A stretch of 54,212 bases of DNA, the filler included, from Squatina squatina (Eukaryota): NCBI GenBank assembly GCA_031763465.1. It is 3 parts of 3 records of this genome, joined end to end, with 100 filler letters (N's around TTAATTAATTAA, not from the genome) between each part and the next. Parts side by side here need not be neighbours in the genome. Positions count along the whole stretch, not along the records: positions 1 to 23,712 come from JARFOE010000080.1; 2 more parts are not named here. The stretch is one strand, 5' to 3'. Below are positions 11,906 through 23,768 of this stretch, piece after piece. The position numbers were made by a program, and so were the translations under genes. The notes below the pieces were generated by a model, which was not told the origin of the DNA, did no database searches, and worked only from the letters and a program-made list of their open reading frames with translations. Numbering within the stretch: position 1 is the stretch's first letter; each line of letters begins with the position of its first letter.

Positions 11906-14029
11906 GTATATATATATATATATTATACTGATATTAACCATTATTGTGGATATCTGTGAAGGGAATCAAAGCAAAGGTTCTGGTTAACATCATTTTACCT
12001 TGACAAAGTTGGTTTTGCAACAAAGGTTAGAAAATTCCTTGCTGTTCCCATTTTAATGGCTTTATTTCACCAGAAATGCAGTGAAAAACCCACTTTGCAG
12101 CTCTGAGGAATTTTCCGGCCAATGATAATACCAGATTTTATTTTAACAACTTCAAGTTTGATTACATAATATGAACACTGCTGGCTAAGTTCTTATTTTA
12201 TCTCTGAATTTAGTTATGTAGCATAAACACTGGTGGATAAACCCTGCTTCACCTCTGCAGAGTTGATCGTACAGAATCATCAGTGTTGGTTAAACCCAGT
12301 TTCCTCACTGCAGGGTCAATTATGTAGTTGTAAAGTTTGTTCATAAAGTGTCTCAGTGGTTCACAGTACCTTGGTGGCTTCAAGACTGTGATCTAATTAC
12401 CTCACTTGAGTGGTTCTCTTGTCAGCAATGCAAATATGGCACCAGTGATGTCATTGCTATCTGTCTAATGGAGGTATTTGTTCCATCTTCCCCATGAGCA
12501 GTTTCACATACTGATTAATAGCTGCATCCCATTCCAGGCTTTAATTAAAAGCAATTAAAACAGCAGAGCCATGGGGCATAACTGCTGCAGTGACAGAACT
12601 GCGGTTGTTCTTGTGGAAGGGAGATCAAGCAGTTGACAATGTGGCATGAAATTATGTTTGCAGCAGGCTACAAGTCTAGGCCACTTTATTTGTGAAGTTT
12701 GATAATAGCAGAGATTCATTTTCTAGGGATCAAATAAAAGAAACACACACGTTATTCTCCAGTTATGCAAAGCAATATAGAATTAAGCAATAACCTTTTA
12801 AGCTGTGTTATCATATTACACAGGTGATAACACCATTTGGTGTTCTGACGTACCGTACTTGGGAATTTAAAAGGCATTTTCATGACTATTTCTTGGCTAG
12901 GGCATCATGGGTTTGATAGTTACTATGAGTTGCTTTTGTAAATCACAAGCCTACCAATCTTACTNNNNNNNNNNNNNNNNNNNNNNNNNNNNNNNNNNNN
13001 NNNNNNNNNNNNNNNNNNNNNNNNNNNNNNNNNNNNNNNNNNNNNNNNNNNNNNNNNNNNNNNNTGGTGAAAACATTTTTACCTGGACAAGCACAGGATT
13101 GAGCATGGCTGTCCTCCGACAGTCAGTCAATGCTCACAGTCAAGAATTCACTTTCATGTACCGTTGCTATCTCACTCCGCTGACAAAAGAGAAGCTTGTC
13201 AAACACTTGTTCAAGACATTGCCCCTTTAAAGAGCATTCATCAAAATTTAATTTAAATTTAGACCTTGAAATTTGATTAACATTATAAAAGATTTATGTG
13301 TATGCATGATTAAAAAATTTGAGGCTCCAATTTTATATGTAAATTTAATTTTAATTAATTTAGCCTTCTATCCAAGTGTATGGATTTGTTAGATATTTAA
13401 TAGATGGTTATTAATACATCTTGTTGATTATCTAATATGATTTATTTTAATAATGTTAAATCGCATATTGAATTAAAACTGTATATCTAATTAAAGCTAA
13501 TGACAGGGAAAATGTCCATGGCAGTTCTTATCTGCATGGATTCCCAATCTGAACACGTGTAGAATTACTGGCACTACATAGAAACCACACCTATTTGCAT
13601 TGGCTGAAAATAGGTATCATAAAGAGGGAATTTTAGCACTAGTACAATGAAGTGGACTATATACATATAAACAGGGAAAATAATGGCCATTTATGGTTGA
13701 AATTATCTTGCTTGGGAGTACTGGGGCATTTGCTGTTTTGTTGCCTTCAAAAAGGAGTGGAATGTCTGGAGTTTGGATTGAGTGGCAACAAAAAGCTGAT
13801 ATTAGAGGAGAGAGTGGGGACCCTTGGATTAGGAAAGAGCAAAAGGCTGGGGCCCAGAGTTCATGCTCAGACTTGGAGGAAGCAAGGAGGCTGCAGTCTA
13901 GGTGCAGGCACGGAGGGAGAAGGGAGGCTGGTGCCAGAATGATAGTGGGGAGCCGAGCGTTTGGCAGAGTAATAGTGGAGCTAGAAGAACAAGGTCTTGT
14001 GCCTGGTAACCACCTGAAGAATTTGAATT

Positions 14030-14772
14030 TCTATAGCATCTTTCATGATTTCAGGATGTCCCAAGGTGAGTTATAGCCAATTAAGTACTTTTGAAGTGTA
14101 TCCACTATTGTAGTGTAGGAAAACAGAGCAGCCAGTTTGCACACAGCAAGATCCCCCAAACAACAATGAGATAAATGACCAGAAAATTTGTTTAGTCATG
14201 TTGGTTGAAGGATAAATATTGGCCCGAGGTCACCTTCCCTGCTCTTCTTCGAAATAAATGTATTCATTCGCTCACACGGACAGCATTTATTGCCCATGAA
14301 CAACTGAGTGTCTTGCTAGGCCATTTCAGGAACAGTTGCTGTGGGTCTGTGCTCACATATAGGCCAGACTAGGTAAGGACAGTAGATTTCCTTCCATACT
14401 CAACCAGATGGGTTTTAGATGACAATCCAGTAGTTTCATTTCACCATTATTGGCACTAGCTTTATTTTCTTCCAAATGTATTTAAATAACTGAATTTAAA
14501 TTCCACAGCTGCCATGGTGGGATTTGAACAAATGTCTCTAGATCACTGGTCCAGTAGCATAACCACCAAACTAATAGTGCCATAGGATCTTTTATATCCA
14601 CCTGAGAGGGCAGATGGGGCCCTCGGTTTAATGTCTCATCCAGAAGATGGCATCTCCAACAGTGCAGCGCTCCCTCAGTACTGCAGTGGAGTATCAGCCT
14701 AGACTTTTCTGCTCAGGTCTCTAGACTGGGGCTTGAATCCACAATCTCCTGACTCAGAGGCAAGGCTGACAC
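14030..14772 (-). mobile_element. Near full-length Deu-domain SINE split by a second SINE
   Basis: The 3' tail lies at 14030-14256 (gtacttttgaagtgta...cacagcaagatccc...gctcttcttcgaaata). The element resumes at 14573 (aatagtgccataggatctttt...gcgctccctcagtactgc...tcctgactcagaggc). Confidence 0.85.
14257..14572 (-). mobile_element. Second tRNA-derived shark SINE nested in the DeuSINE
   Basis: The reverse complement starts tggtggttatgctactggaccagtgatc...gttcaaatcccaccatggcagc (A/B-box-like) and ends gggcaataaatgctg...gaatgaata. It is flanked by aata/aata. Confidence 0.75.
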
Positions 14773-14881
14773 AGCCCCTATCATTGGCCCAAAAACTAAT
14801 GGGCTTTGCCATGCACCATTCCCTTTTTTGTCTCAATACTGGTTTAATACTGATCGTTATTAAATATTGGCTCTGTTAGAT

Positions 14882-15142
14882 TTGTTGCATTTATACAAAG
14901 CTTTTAAAGTAGGAAAATGTTCCAAGGCACTTCAGAGAAGCTTAATCAGACAAAAATGAACACAGAACCAATGAAGGATATGTTAGGAGGGGCTAAAATC
15001 ATGGACAAAGAGGTTGGCTTTTAAAGAGAGGAAGGAGGCGGAGAGGTTTAGGGAGGGAATTCCAGAACTTAAAGCAGAGACAGCTGAAGGTACGGCCGTC
15101 AAGGGTGGGGTGACAGGAGTGGGGGGATGTGCAAGAGGCCAT
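14882..15142 (-). mobile_element. L2 LINE 3' end
   Basis: Homologous to the L2 tails at 29480-30003 and 47670-48062 (ggagaggtttagggagggaattccaga...cagctgaagg). Confidence 0.75.
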
Positions 15143-16217
15143 NNNNNNNNNNNNNNNNNNNNNNNNNNNNNNNNNNNNNNNNNNNNNNNNNNNNNNNNNN
15201 NNNNNNNNNNNNNNNNNNNNNNNNNNNNNNNNNNNNNNNNNNNNNNNNNNNNNNNNNNNNNNNNNNNNNNNNNNNNNNNNNNNNNNNNNNNNNNNNNNNN
15301 NNNNNNNNNNNNNNNNNNNNNNNNNNNNNNNNNNNNNNNNNNNNNNNNNNNNNNNNNNNNNNNNNNNNNNNNNNNNNNNNNNNNNNNNNNNNNNNNNNNN
15401 NNNNNNNNNNNNNNNNNNNNNNNNNNNNNNNNNNNNNNNNNNNNNNNNNNNNNNNNNNNNNNNNNNNNNNNNNNNNNNNNNNNNNNNNNNGTGTTCCTAC
15501 ATATTATGCAGTTTGACAGTTTAGTGCCTTCACCACATGACTGAATATTAGGTGCTTTTACACCTTTGGGTAACAGCGCTGGGAAATTTAAAATAGAATA
15601 ATAACACAGTGCTTGCAATTCCTGTCATTACAACATCTACACTTCCTCACTATGTCTGAGCAATGAGCAAGTTGACTGCTGTTAAAAGCCACAAGGTATT
15701 ATTTCTGTGATGTGCAGACAATTATTGTGCCATGCATGAATTGCAAGCATTGTCTTNNNNNNNNNNTCGATTTGACTCCCTGGTAGGAGTAATGGGAGGG
15801 GTAAGGACAATGATTCTTTCCAGACAGGAAGCATGCAAGGCTTTAAATTGCTATACTGTAGTGGTTATCTGTGGAAAAGCTAGAATAATTGGAGTCATGT
15901 GTGTCCATTTACTTTTGCAAAGGTTTCTATGTGTTGATTAGTGGGCCAGCTAGTGTACAGTAAGCATCCCTTTTTGTATGGCATCAAGCAAATAGATATC
16001 CTTTAAAAGTGCTCATGTAAACAGAGAACTGCATTCAATAAACATGAACATTGTATATGGTACAAAATGGTATCACAACCAGAAACAAAAAGCTCATTGA
16101 TGATAGCGGGATGTTTAACTAATAATCAGTGACGCTATGAGATGTGGCATTTTTAGAATATTCCTCATTATTTGTCATGGATGTAAGCTTAACAGCAATA
16201 TGAATATTAAATATTTG

Positions 16218-17041
16218 GGGCACCCAATTGGTCCCTTAACGCTAGCGCTAAAAGAGCACTAAATGGGCGGTAGGGGTCTAATGCCCATTTTGGTCACTAA
16301 GTGACCCCGCCATGCAATTGGAGTGCTGCAAGCACAGGCACTAAATGGGCGCTGCTCCTGCTGTGCTGGAAACTCAGTGTCAGACGCCAGATGGCGTCCA
16401 TGAAGTCATCATTCGGCACAACACCCAAAATGGCCACTCGTCAATCAATTCACCTGCGTTTCTGCAAGTAAAAAGTAGCGGTGACACCACCCCGTTTTTT
16501 GGGCGGTGACACACTGCCTCCATTGATTTTTGGCGCTCTTTAAAAGGGTAGGAGGGCGTGTCATGTTGTTTTCAAAAACCGCATTTTTGCCACTGGCATC
16601 GCGTTGGAGGCATTGTCTGCAACTTGGAAACTGCATTAGCAACATTGAAATTTGCCTTTGGGCGAGCTGTTCACTGCACAACAGATCAGGAAACTCGGCC
16701 ATGGGGGCTGCACTAGTGGTGGACTGGGAACTCCACTGACGCCACATGAGGTACTTCAGGCACAGGCGTCAGCTCCTTTTGAAGCAGGGAGAGATGAGGG
16801 CAGACCAAAATGATGTCAGGCAGGAGGCAGCACCAGCTCCTCATCATGACCACACCCGGCAAACCCTTGACCTCCCACAGCCAGCTCCACCACTGGTGGC
16901 ATAGGCCAGACCACTATAGCATTCTCTGAGAGGGCGAAGGGGAAGGGAACATCGATGGAGGTATGCTCACTTAGTCTTCAGATGGCAGTTCAGCTACGTC
17001 CAGATGATGGATGAGCAATGTCTTCGAAGACTGCGATTCCG
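16218..17041 (+). mobile_element. PIF/Harbinger transposon end with pseudogenised transposase N-terminus
   Basis: TIR GGGCACCCAATTGG. From 16701 the frame reads MGAALVVDWELH*RHMRY...RWRYAHLVFRWQFSYVQMMDEQCLRRLRF, with 3 in-frame stops. This fits the Harbinger transposase N-terminal D.QCLRRLRF motif and is homologous to 43529-43834(-). Confidence 0.8.
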
Positions 17042-18440
17042 NNNNNNNNNNNNNNNNNNNNNNNNNNNNNNNNNNNNNNNNNNNNNNNNNNNNNNNNNNN
17101 NNNNNNNNNNNNNNNNNNNNNNNNNNNNNNNNNNNNNNNNNACTCGACTCACTCATGTGGGGCTCGCAAATTCAAACGACACACAGACCTGGGACTCAAA
17201 CTCATAATCTGGTTGGACGTCAATTTTAATGATAGAAGGATTCTTTCAACCAGCTTTATTTTTGAGTTTGCTAACACCACTGACTGATCTTCCAACTTCA
17301 CATGGAAAGTGACTTTATATATGCTTCAGTTTAAAGTTGATAATCTAAACATTTGCTGCTTAATAAACCTCCTAATAGTATAAAGTAATTCTTCTCTGCA
17401 AGTCATCCAGAATTCATTTTCTATGCCAGTTATAAAGGATTGATTGATTCATAATCTTCTTTTCTTGTTCTTAATGACCCTTTCACTCCAGTAATAAATG
17501 AAGTGTAGAAGTATTTGAAGTTTCAGTCGTACTCAAGGAACTATATAGTTAGATTAATTAGTCAATAAGAGATTAATGATCCTGATTCATCAAATAATAT
17601 ACTGTAAATGTCCCATCCCTAGCATTTAAATTACTTTGTGTGAATGGNNNNNNNNNNNNNNNNNNNNNNNNNNNNNNNNNNNNNNNNNNNNNNNNNNNNN
17701 NNNNNNNNNNNNNNNNNNNNNNNNNNNNNNNNNNNNNNNNNNNNNNNATCACACCTGCTGTTTTTACTAGCCCTGAGCAAAAATACAAAGAAAGGCTCCC
17801 TGCACATAAATAATTATGAAGCAGGACAGTAGAGAGAATGGTTTCAATGAAAAGTACGCCTACTTTGCAGATCAGTTTGTCTCTTCTCCGAACCTTCCTA
17901 CCAAGCAGGATAAATCCTCCTTTTAATTGCTTTCCTGCACTCTGGTGGAGATCTGACATTTAAGGTCAGGAAGTTGCTGGAGGGTTCTTCAACTAAACAC
18001 TGAAAGCAGGCTGAGCCTGTGAGCAGCTCTACTGCATCAACAGGGTTTGGTATCCTTTTCATTCCTGAATGTCCATGCAAAGCTTTCAGTCAGTGCGTAA
18101 TGCATTGCACATCACTATCAAAAGTAGCACATTGGTACTATAAATCCATCACCACTTTTGCAATATCAACGTTTCTGTAGAGCTTTGAGTGCAGTTATAT
18201 TGGTGTGATATTCTACACGAAGATTGCACTTTTAAGTACTCCAAAAGCATAAATACTGAAAAGATTAGAGCATTTCTTCTGACATCACAGATGGTAGCAA
18301 TAATATTATCGGAGCTATGATAACAATTTAAACANNNNNNNNNNNNNNNNNNNNNNNNNNNNNNNNNNNNNNNNNNNNNNNNNNNNNNNNNNNNNNNNNN
18401 NNNNNNNNNNNNNNNNNNNNNNNNNNNNNNNNNNTGGGGT

Positions 18441-18590
18441 ACATAAGGACATAAGAAATAGGAGCAGGAGTAGGCCATTTGGCCCCTCGAGCCTGCTCCG
18501 CCATTCAAAGAGAGCATGACTGATCTTCTACCTCAACTTACCTGCACTATCCCCATATCCCTTGATTCCCATAATATCCAAAATCTATCC
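18441..18590 (-). mobile_element. CR1 LINE 3' end
   Basis: acataagaaataggagcaggagtaggccatttggcccctcgagcctgctccgccattc is the typical shark CR1 3' UTR and tail. Similar to 29677 and 45476. Confidence 0.85.
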
Positions 18591-21379
18591 TAAGGCAACA
18601 CCCCCCGTATTGCATCTGAACTGAGCTGTACCTACTCTTGGTGTTGGAAACTGGATAACTTGTCTAACTGAGCAGTACTTTCCCCCACTTGTAAAGAGCT
18701 AATACAAACAGATGAAAATTCAGATGAAAATGAAAAGATCAACTGGTTTGGAAGATCACTGCAGGGTATTAAATCAAGTGTCTGAATCCTAGATCAGTTA
18801 AACCAGTCTGAGCTTGTGTTGGATGAGGCTGTCTAGTATATTTTATGACAACTCTGTAAGACAGCCTGCGATGTCATTGCTTGGTAATGATTATGAAGTT
18901 TGCTCGAATGAGGTTTGTACCAACTTGTAAACTGAGTAAATAAATAACTATGCAGTACCTGGAGTGCACACAATAGTATGATAATATAGAGTTATCAATT
19001 GGTGATGTTAAATGGACATTTTAAAAGCAATATATGGGGGAAGTAGTATTCTATGTTGAAGTGAGCACTGAACATCTACAATGATATAAAACTGGTTTAG
19101 TAAAGGAATGTAGCGGCTAAAGTACAGCAAGCTAGTAGAAGTGCTCAAATAGCTATATAATGTGTTGTGTAGATTTGTGCCCTATTATTTTGTACCAAAA
19201 CTTGGAACTGAAATACCATGAAAACAGTTTAATTCTCACTCCAGGCAAAAGGGGTTCACTCAGTGCTAGCAATTATATTACAAGATTCCATTAATTATGA
19301 CCACTGGTTCAAGACGATGATGTGTTACCTGGCTATTGACCACATTTAGATAATGAAGATACTTTCTTTTTACTTGTATGTTCTTTGCTGTTCACAGTTC
19401 CTTGATGGACCATTCATAGCAGGGGAGCAGATAGGGCAGACGGCTGACCTAGAAGTGACAGCAACACTTTGAATCTGTTCATTATGTTAGTTACGATATT
19501 GATTAAGTTTCTCAAATAACAGGAAGTATCCTGGTATGCCCAGACAGATTNNNNNNNNNNNNNNNNNNNNNNNNNNNNNNNNNNNNNNNNNNNNNNNNNN
19601 NNNNNNNNNNNNNNNNNNNNNNNNNNNNNNNNNNNNNNNNNNNNNNNNNNCTTCAGTCTCGTGGCTGGTAAAATGGGGGGGTTTACATTGAACATTCAAG
19701 TAGAGATGGCTTCGGCTATGTCAGTTGGTCATTAGTCCCAATATGTATTGAGTAAGTGTTCAGTTTTACATATTACTTATTTTTTTTCCATCCTGTGTCC
19801 TGTTCATTAGTAGAGCCACTATTCATGGTAAGTTTTGCGAATACATTGTCAATTCAACTCAGACACCAATGACTGTGAATTGGTTTCAAGATGTTTTAGT
19901 CGCAACTATTAAAGAACAGGAAGGCCTAAAGCGCGGAACAAGGATGAATGCATTTTTCCTCCCTTTTTTGAGATAAATTAATTTTATGGAAGAACAGCTG
20001 AGTAATTGGGCTCAAATTACCAGGCATTTAGCTCCATCATCACTCTCATATATAATTAAATGCAATTGGTAGATCTGCCATGTATTTTTATGAGGGCACT
20101 TAAAAGGTTTTTGAACCCTACTGTGAGCCTGGAACCAGGCCAATCAATTATTAGTCATTTGCCTTTCAAATGTAAATTCTATGCATCAGGCATTTTCTTT
20201 GAAGCTTATCTAAAGGTTTTACTTAGGAAAATCAACTGGTTTCTATGTAATTGTATATACAGTTTCCCAAACTCTGCAAAGATTAGGGGGGAACCTTAAC
20301 CGAAAAACAATGGGTGGGTTAGGAGTGAGGGGGTCGGGCACAGTATTAAAAANNNNNNNNNNNNNNNNNNNNNNNNNNNNNNNNNNNNNNNNNNNNNNNN
20401 NNNNNNNNNNNNNNNNNNNNNNNNNNNNNNNNNNNNNNNNNNNNNNNNNNNNCAGCAGTGGAGTCACGACCTGCCATGGTCACCTCCCGCATGGACCCGC
20501 CGAGGTAGGCAAAGTTCCGGCCTAACGGTTTGTATGTAAATCCATGCATAGTGAATATAGGTGATCAACGGAGAATAGCTAGAAGCTGAGGCTGTGTGAC
20601 AGGGAGCTTTAATTGTAGGTTTGGGTAGGTTGTGGTGTATGGTGATGGGATTAGCATGGAGCCAAATGCACTTTAAAGGAGTTCCTGTTTAAAATTAGAC
20701 TGCCTGTGAGTGGAGCAGAAGATATGACTATAACATTAGCTGGTTATTTCACCAGATGGTAACTTCCTCTGTGGTCAGACAGTTGAAGTACATTTCTCTT
20801 TAAAATTAAGTGTTTCTGAGGGGACAAACTGACTACATAGGAATGTACAAGTGCAGAAAAGGTCATTTTGGTCCATCTGGCTTTCTCGGAGACATTGCCC
20901 ATAAATAATATTTCACAGCACTGCAGCAAGTTGTAGACATAGCAAAGATTTACAGTATACATGAGCTCCTCTTCAGGTTCTGTGGGAGGAAGGCCAGGTC
21001 AAGTCAACAATGTCAACAGCTGACAGGTGGGCAACGTCTGTTTCCCTGAACCTGCCATTCACAGGTTCACACAAGGCTCTTCTGAAAGCTGATCTGATGA
21101 AAGGGTAACTCCTTCATGACAGATAGCCAGACCTGGGGCTACAGACACAACCCCGGCAGTACTTCTTGTGTGTGATCATGAGCTGCCTGTTCTTCCCTCT
21201 GCTCTACCCTCCCACTTCAGTCACAGTAATGTTCTGTAGAATTACACAAGCTACACCCTCCGGCAGTATCTTCAACTTCACTGGAGACTCCAACACAGAT
21301 TTGAGGGAAAAGTGCTACTTGGGTAAATACTGCACCCAACAGAAAAGTGCATGTCTCAGCACCCACAGATCCATTAATT

Positions 21380-21709
21380 GTCAGTCTTGGCACAGTGGTA
21401 GCACTCTTACCTCGGAGTCAGAAGACCCTGGGTTCAAACCCCATTCCAAGAGATTGGAGTATGTAATATGGGCTAATATTTCAGTACAGTACTGAGGGAG
21501 TGCTGCATTGTCAGAGTTGCCATCTTTCAGATGAGATGGTAAACTGCCAGTTCAGATGGATGTAAAAGATCCTGTATTAAACTTGATGAAATCCAGTTGA
21601 GGTGCTCTGGTCATTATTTGTACTTCAAACAATATCGCTAAAACAGATTATCTGGTCATTTATTTCATTGCTCTTTGTCGACATTGCTGAGCGCAAATTG
21701 ACTGCCTAT
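21380..21709 (+). mobile_element. Deu-domain SINE copy
   Basis: tRNA-like head tggcacagtggtagcactcttacctcggagtcagaag...ggttcaaacc, then gtactgagggagtgctgcattgtc and ctaaaacagattatctggtcatt. Confidence 0.85.
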
Positions 21710-23756
21710 NNNNNNNNNNNNNNNNNNNNNNNNNNNNNNNNNNNNNNNNNNNNNNNNNNNNNNNNNNNNNNNNNNNNNNNNNNNNNNNNNNNNNNNNNNN
21801 NNNNNNNNNTTATGAGTCTCTTTCTGCTAGACAAACTTTTCCTTGAATGCCAATTTAAAAAATAGCAAGCACAGATTGGCAGACTGCATTAAAAGAATGC
21901 ATCACTCAAAACAATAGCAAGTGGGTCAGGTTACTGTGATGACATTGAACTATTGAGCCCATATAAAACAAGGCTTTCATCATGATAAACAATGGTCCAA
22001 CAACAAAGGACATATTATTCAAGTACATGAAAGCGAACTCTGATATCACACAAAAGCTGCATAAAGATGCTTATACTCTCTTCAATACAGATAAAAGTGC
22101 TTTATACAGTATCAGGAAGAAAATGAATTAAGCAAGCTTGCATTAAGAGTCCTTGTCAGTATGCCTGTGGAGTGTTATTGAATGTTAAAGGCTCTATTTA
22201 ATACAATGAGCCCTTCTTCAGTATCTAGTCCCCTGCATCGATTTATATTTACAATGTAATTTACACAGGAAAAACAAGTGTCAGACTGACTCAGTTACTG
22301 ATTACTCTGGAGAGGAGGCTGGGCGCGTTGTTTGTCAGGAGATTGTGATGCTAATCTGCTTGCTGCTGTTTGAGATACTCGATGCCTGTGTGCTTTTTAA
22401 GGTTTCAGTAGAGTGCAGGATGGCCGTTGTCAGACAGAAGAATCCTCGGCTTACACTCCATTAAAAGAACATTTTTCTGAATTTTATTTTCTCTTCCAGC
22501 ACAAACATTTATTAAAAACTCAGATTGAAAAGGCTGACTTTAATCCATAGACAACATTCCCTATCAAATAACTTACTGTGTCGATAAAGTGCTTGTGACT
22601 AATTAATTANNNNNNNNNNNNNNNNNNNNNNNNNNNNNNNNNNNNNNNNNNNNNNNNNNNNNNNNNNNNNNNNNNNNNNNNNNNNNNNNNNNNNNNNNNN
22701 NNNNNNNNNNNNNNNNNNNNNNNNNNNNNNNNNNNNNNNNNNNNNNNNNNNNNNNNNNNNNNNNNNNNNNNNNNNNNNNNNNNNNNNNNNNNNNNNNNNN
22801 NNNNNNNNNNNNNNNNNNNNNNNNNNNNNNNNNNNNNNNNNNNNNNNNNNNNNNNNNNNNNNNNNNNNNNNNNNNNNNNNNNNNNNNNNNNNNNNNNNNN
22901 NNNNNNNNNNNNNNNNNNNNNNNNNNNNNNNNNNNNNNNNNNNNNNNNNNNNNNNNNNNNNNNNNNNNNNTGACATTGAACAATGATGGTGAAACATCAG
23001 TCATATCACAGTACATTACTTGCACTCTGCCTCTGCTGTAGATGGTGTACTGTTTCTACTCTAGTGAACATTAGCTTTACATGTTCATTAGCTCACATTC
23101 ACCCCAGCAGCGCAGATGCCATCTCATCCGATTTGAAATCCTGATTGCTTTGGAGAGAGAGATGAAAGCAGACCAATGAAAGCACTATTTGCCTTATGGG
23201 CATGATCAGTATGCTGGCTTGACTGATCACTGCTTTGCCCTGTGTCTGCCCCATCGTGATGGCATGTCTCTGAGTGTGAGGTGATGTTTGGGAAAGTGCA
23301 TGGCTGTGTTCTTGAACATTGCTGTGAGAGATGATGCCCCAGAAAGACAGCTTTTCCCATCTGGTACAAACATACTGTACTGCACATCTCTGAATACTAA
23401 ATAAAGAAGCAGCAAGGTTCATCCAGAGTGCACAGATTAAAGTTTTGAATAGGCCAACAAAATAACTGTAGGGTACAGACCGGTTTGTCACTGTTTCTCT
23501 GTCTGGTCAGCTTGTGATGAATTCATTTCTGCCTATAACATAGCCCATGAGATATGCTTTGCTTCGCGTTCTATTCTCCATTGCCACTCATGCTGAAATA
23601 GTGGCTGTGGTGCTATAGTTAAACAAACTGGCTTTTATTGAGCTAAGGGTTGTGAAAGAGACCTGATTGCTGTCTGACAACTCGAATTATGCTGAAGTGC
23701 AAAGAGGGGTTGNNNNNNNNNNNNNNNNNNNNNNNNNNNNNNNNNNNNNNNNNNNN

Positions 23757-23768
23757 TTAATTAATTAA
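23757..23768. other. Artificial six-frame-stop linker inside a scaffold gap
   Basis: N44-TTAATTAATTAA-N44 is exactly 100 bp. An identical construct lies at 41448-41547. Confidence 0.9.

Noticed and set aside
14983-15618. ORFs spanning N runs (also ~22600, ~24650, ~30860 and others)
   Set aside because: These are artefacts of translating through assembly gaps.
21085-21140. Hammerhead ribozyme (CTGATGA near a Penelope-like acagatagccagacctg)
   Set aside because: No stem II plus GAAA follows, so this is at most a decayed Penelope remnant.
21380-21450. tRNA gene
   Set aside because: The A/B boxes continue directly into the Deu-domain body. It is a SINE head, as at 14500-14570 and 49415.
23099-23491. 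Three overlapping minus-strand ORFs
   Set aside because: No family similarity or coding bias that I can see, so none can be supported.
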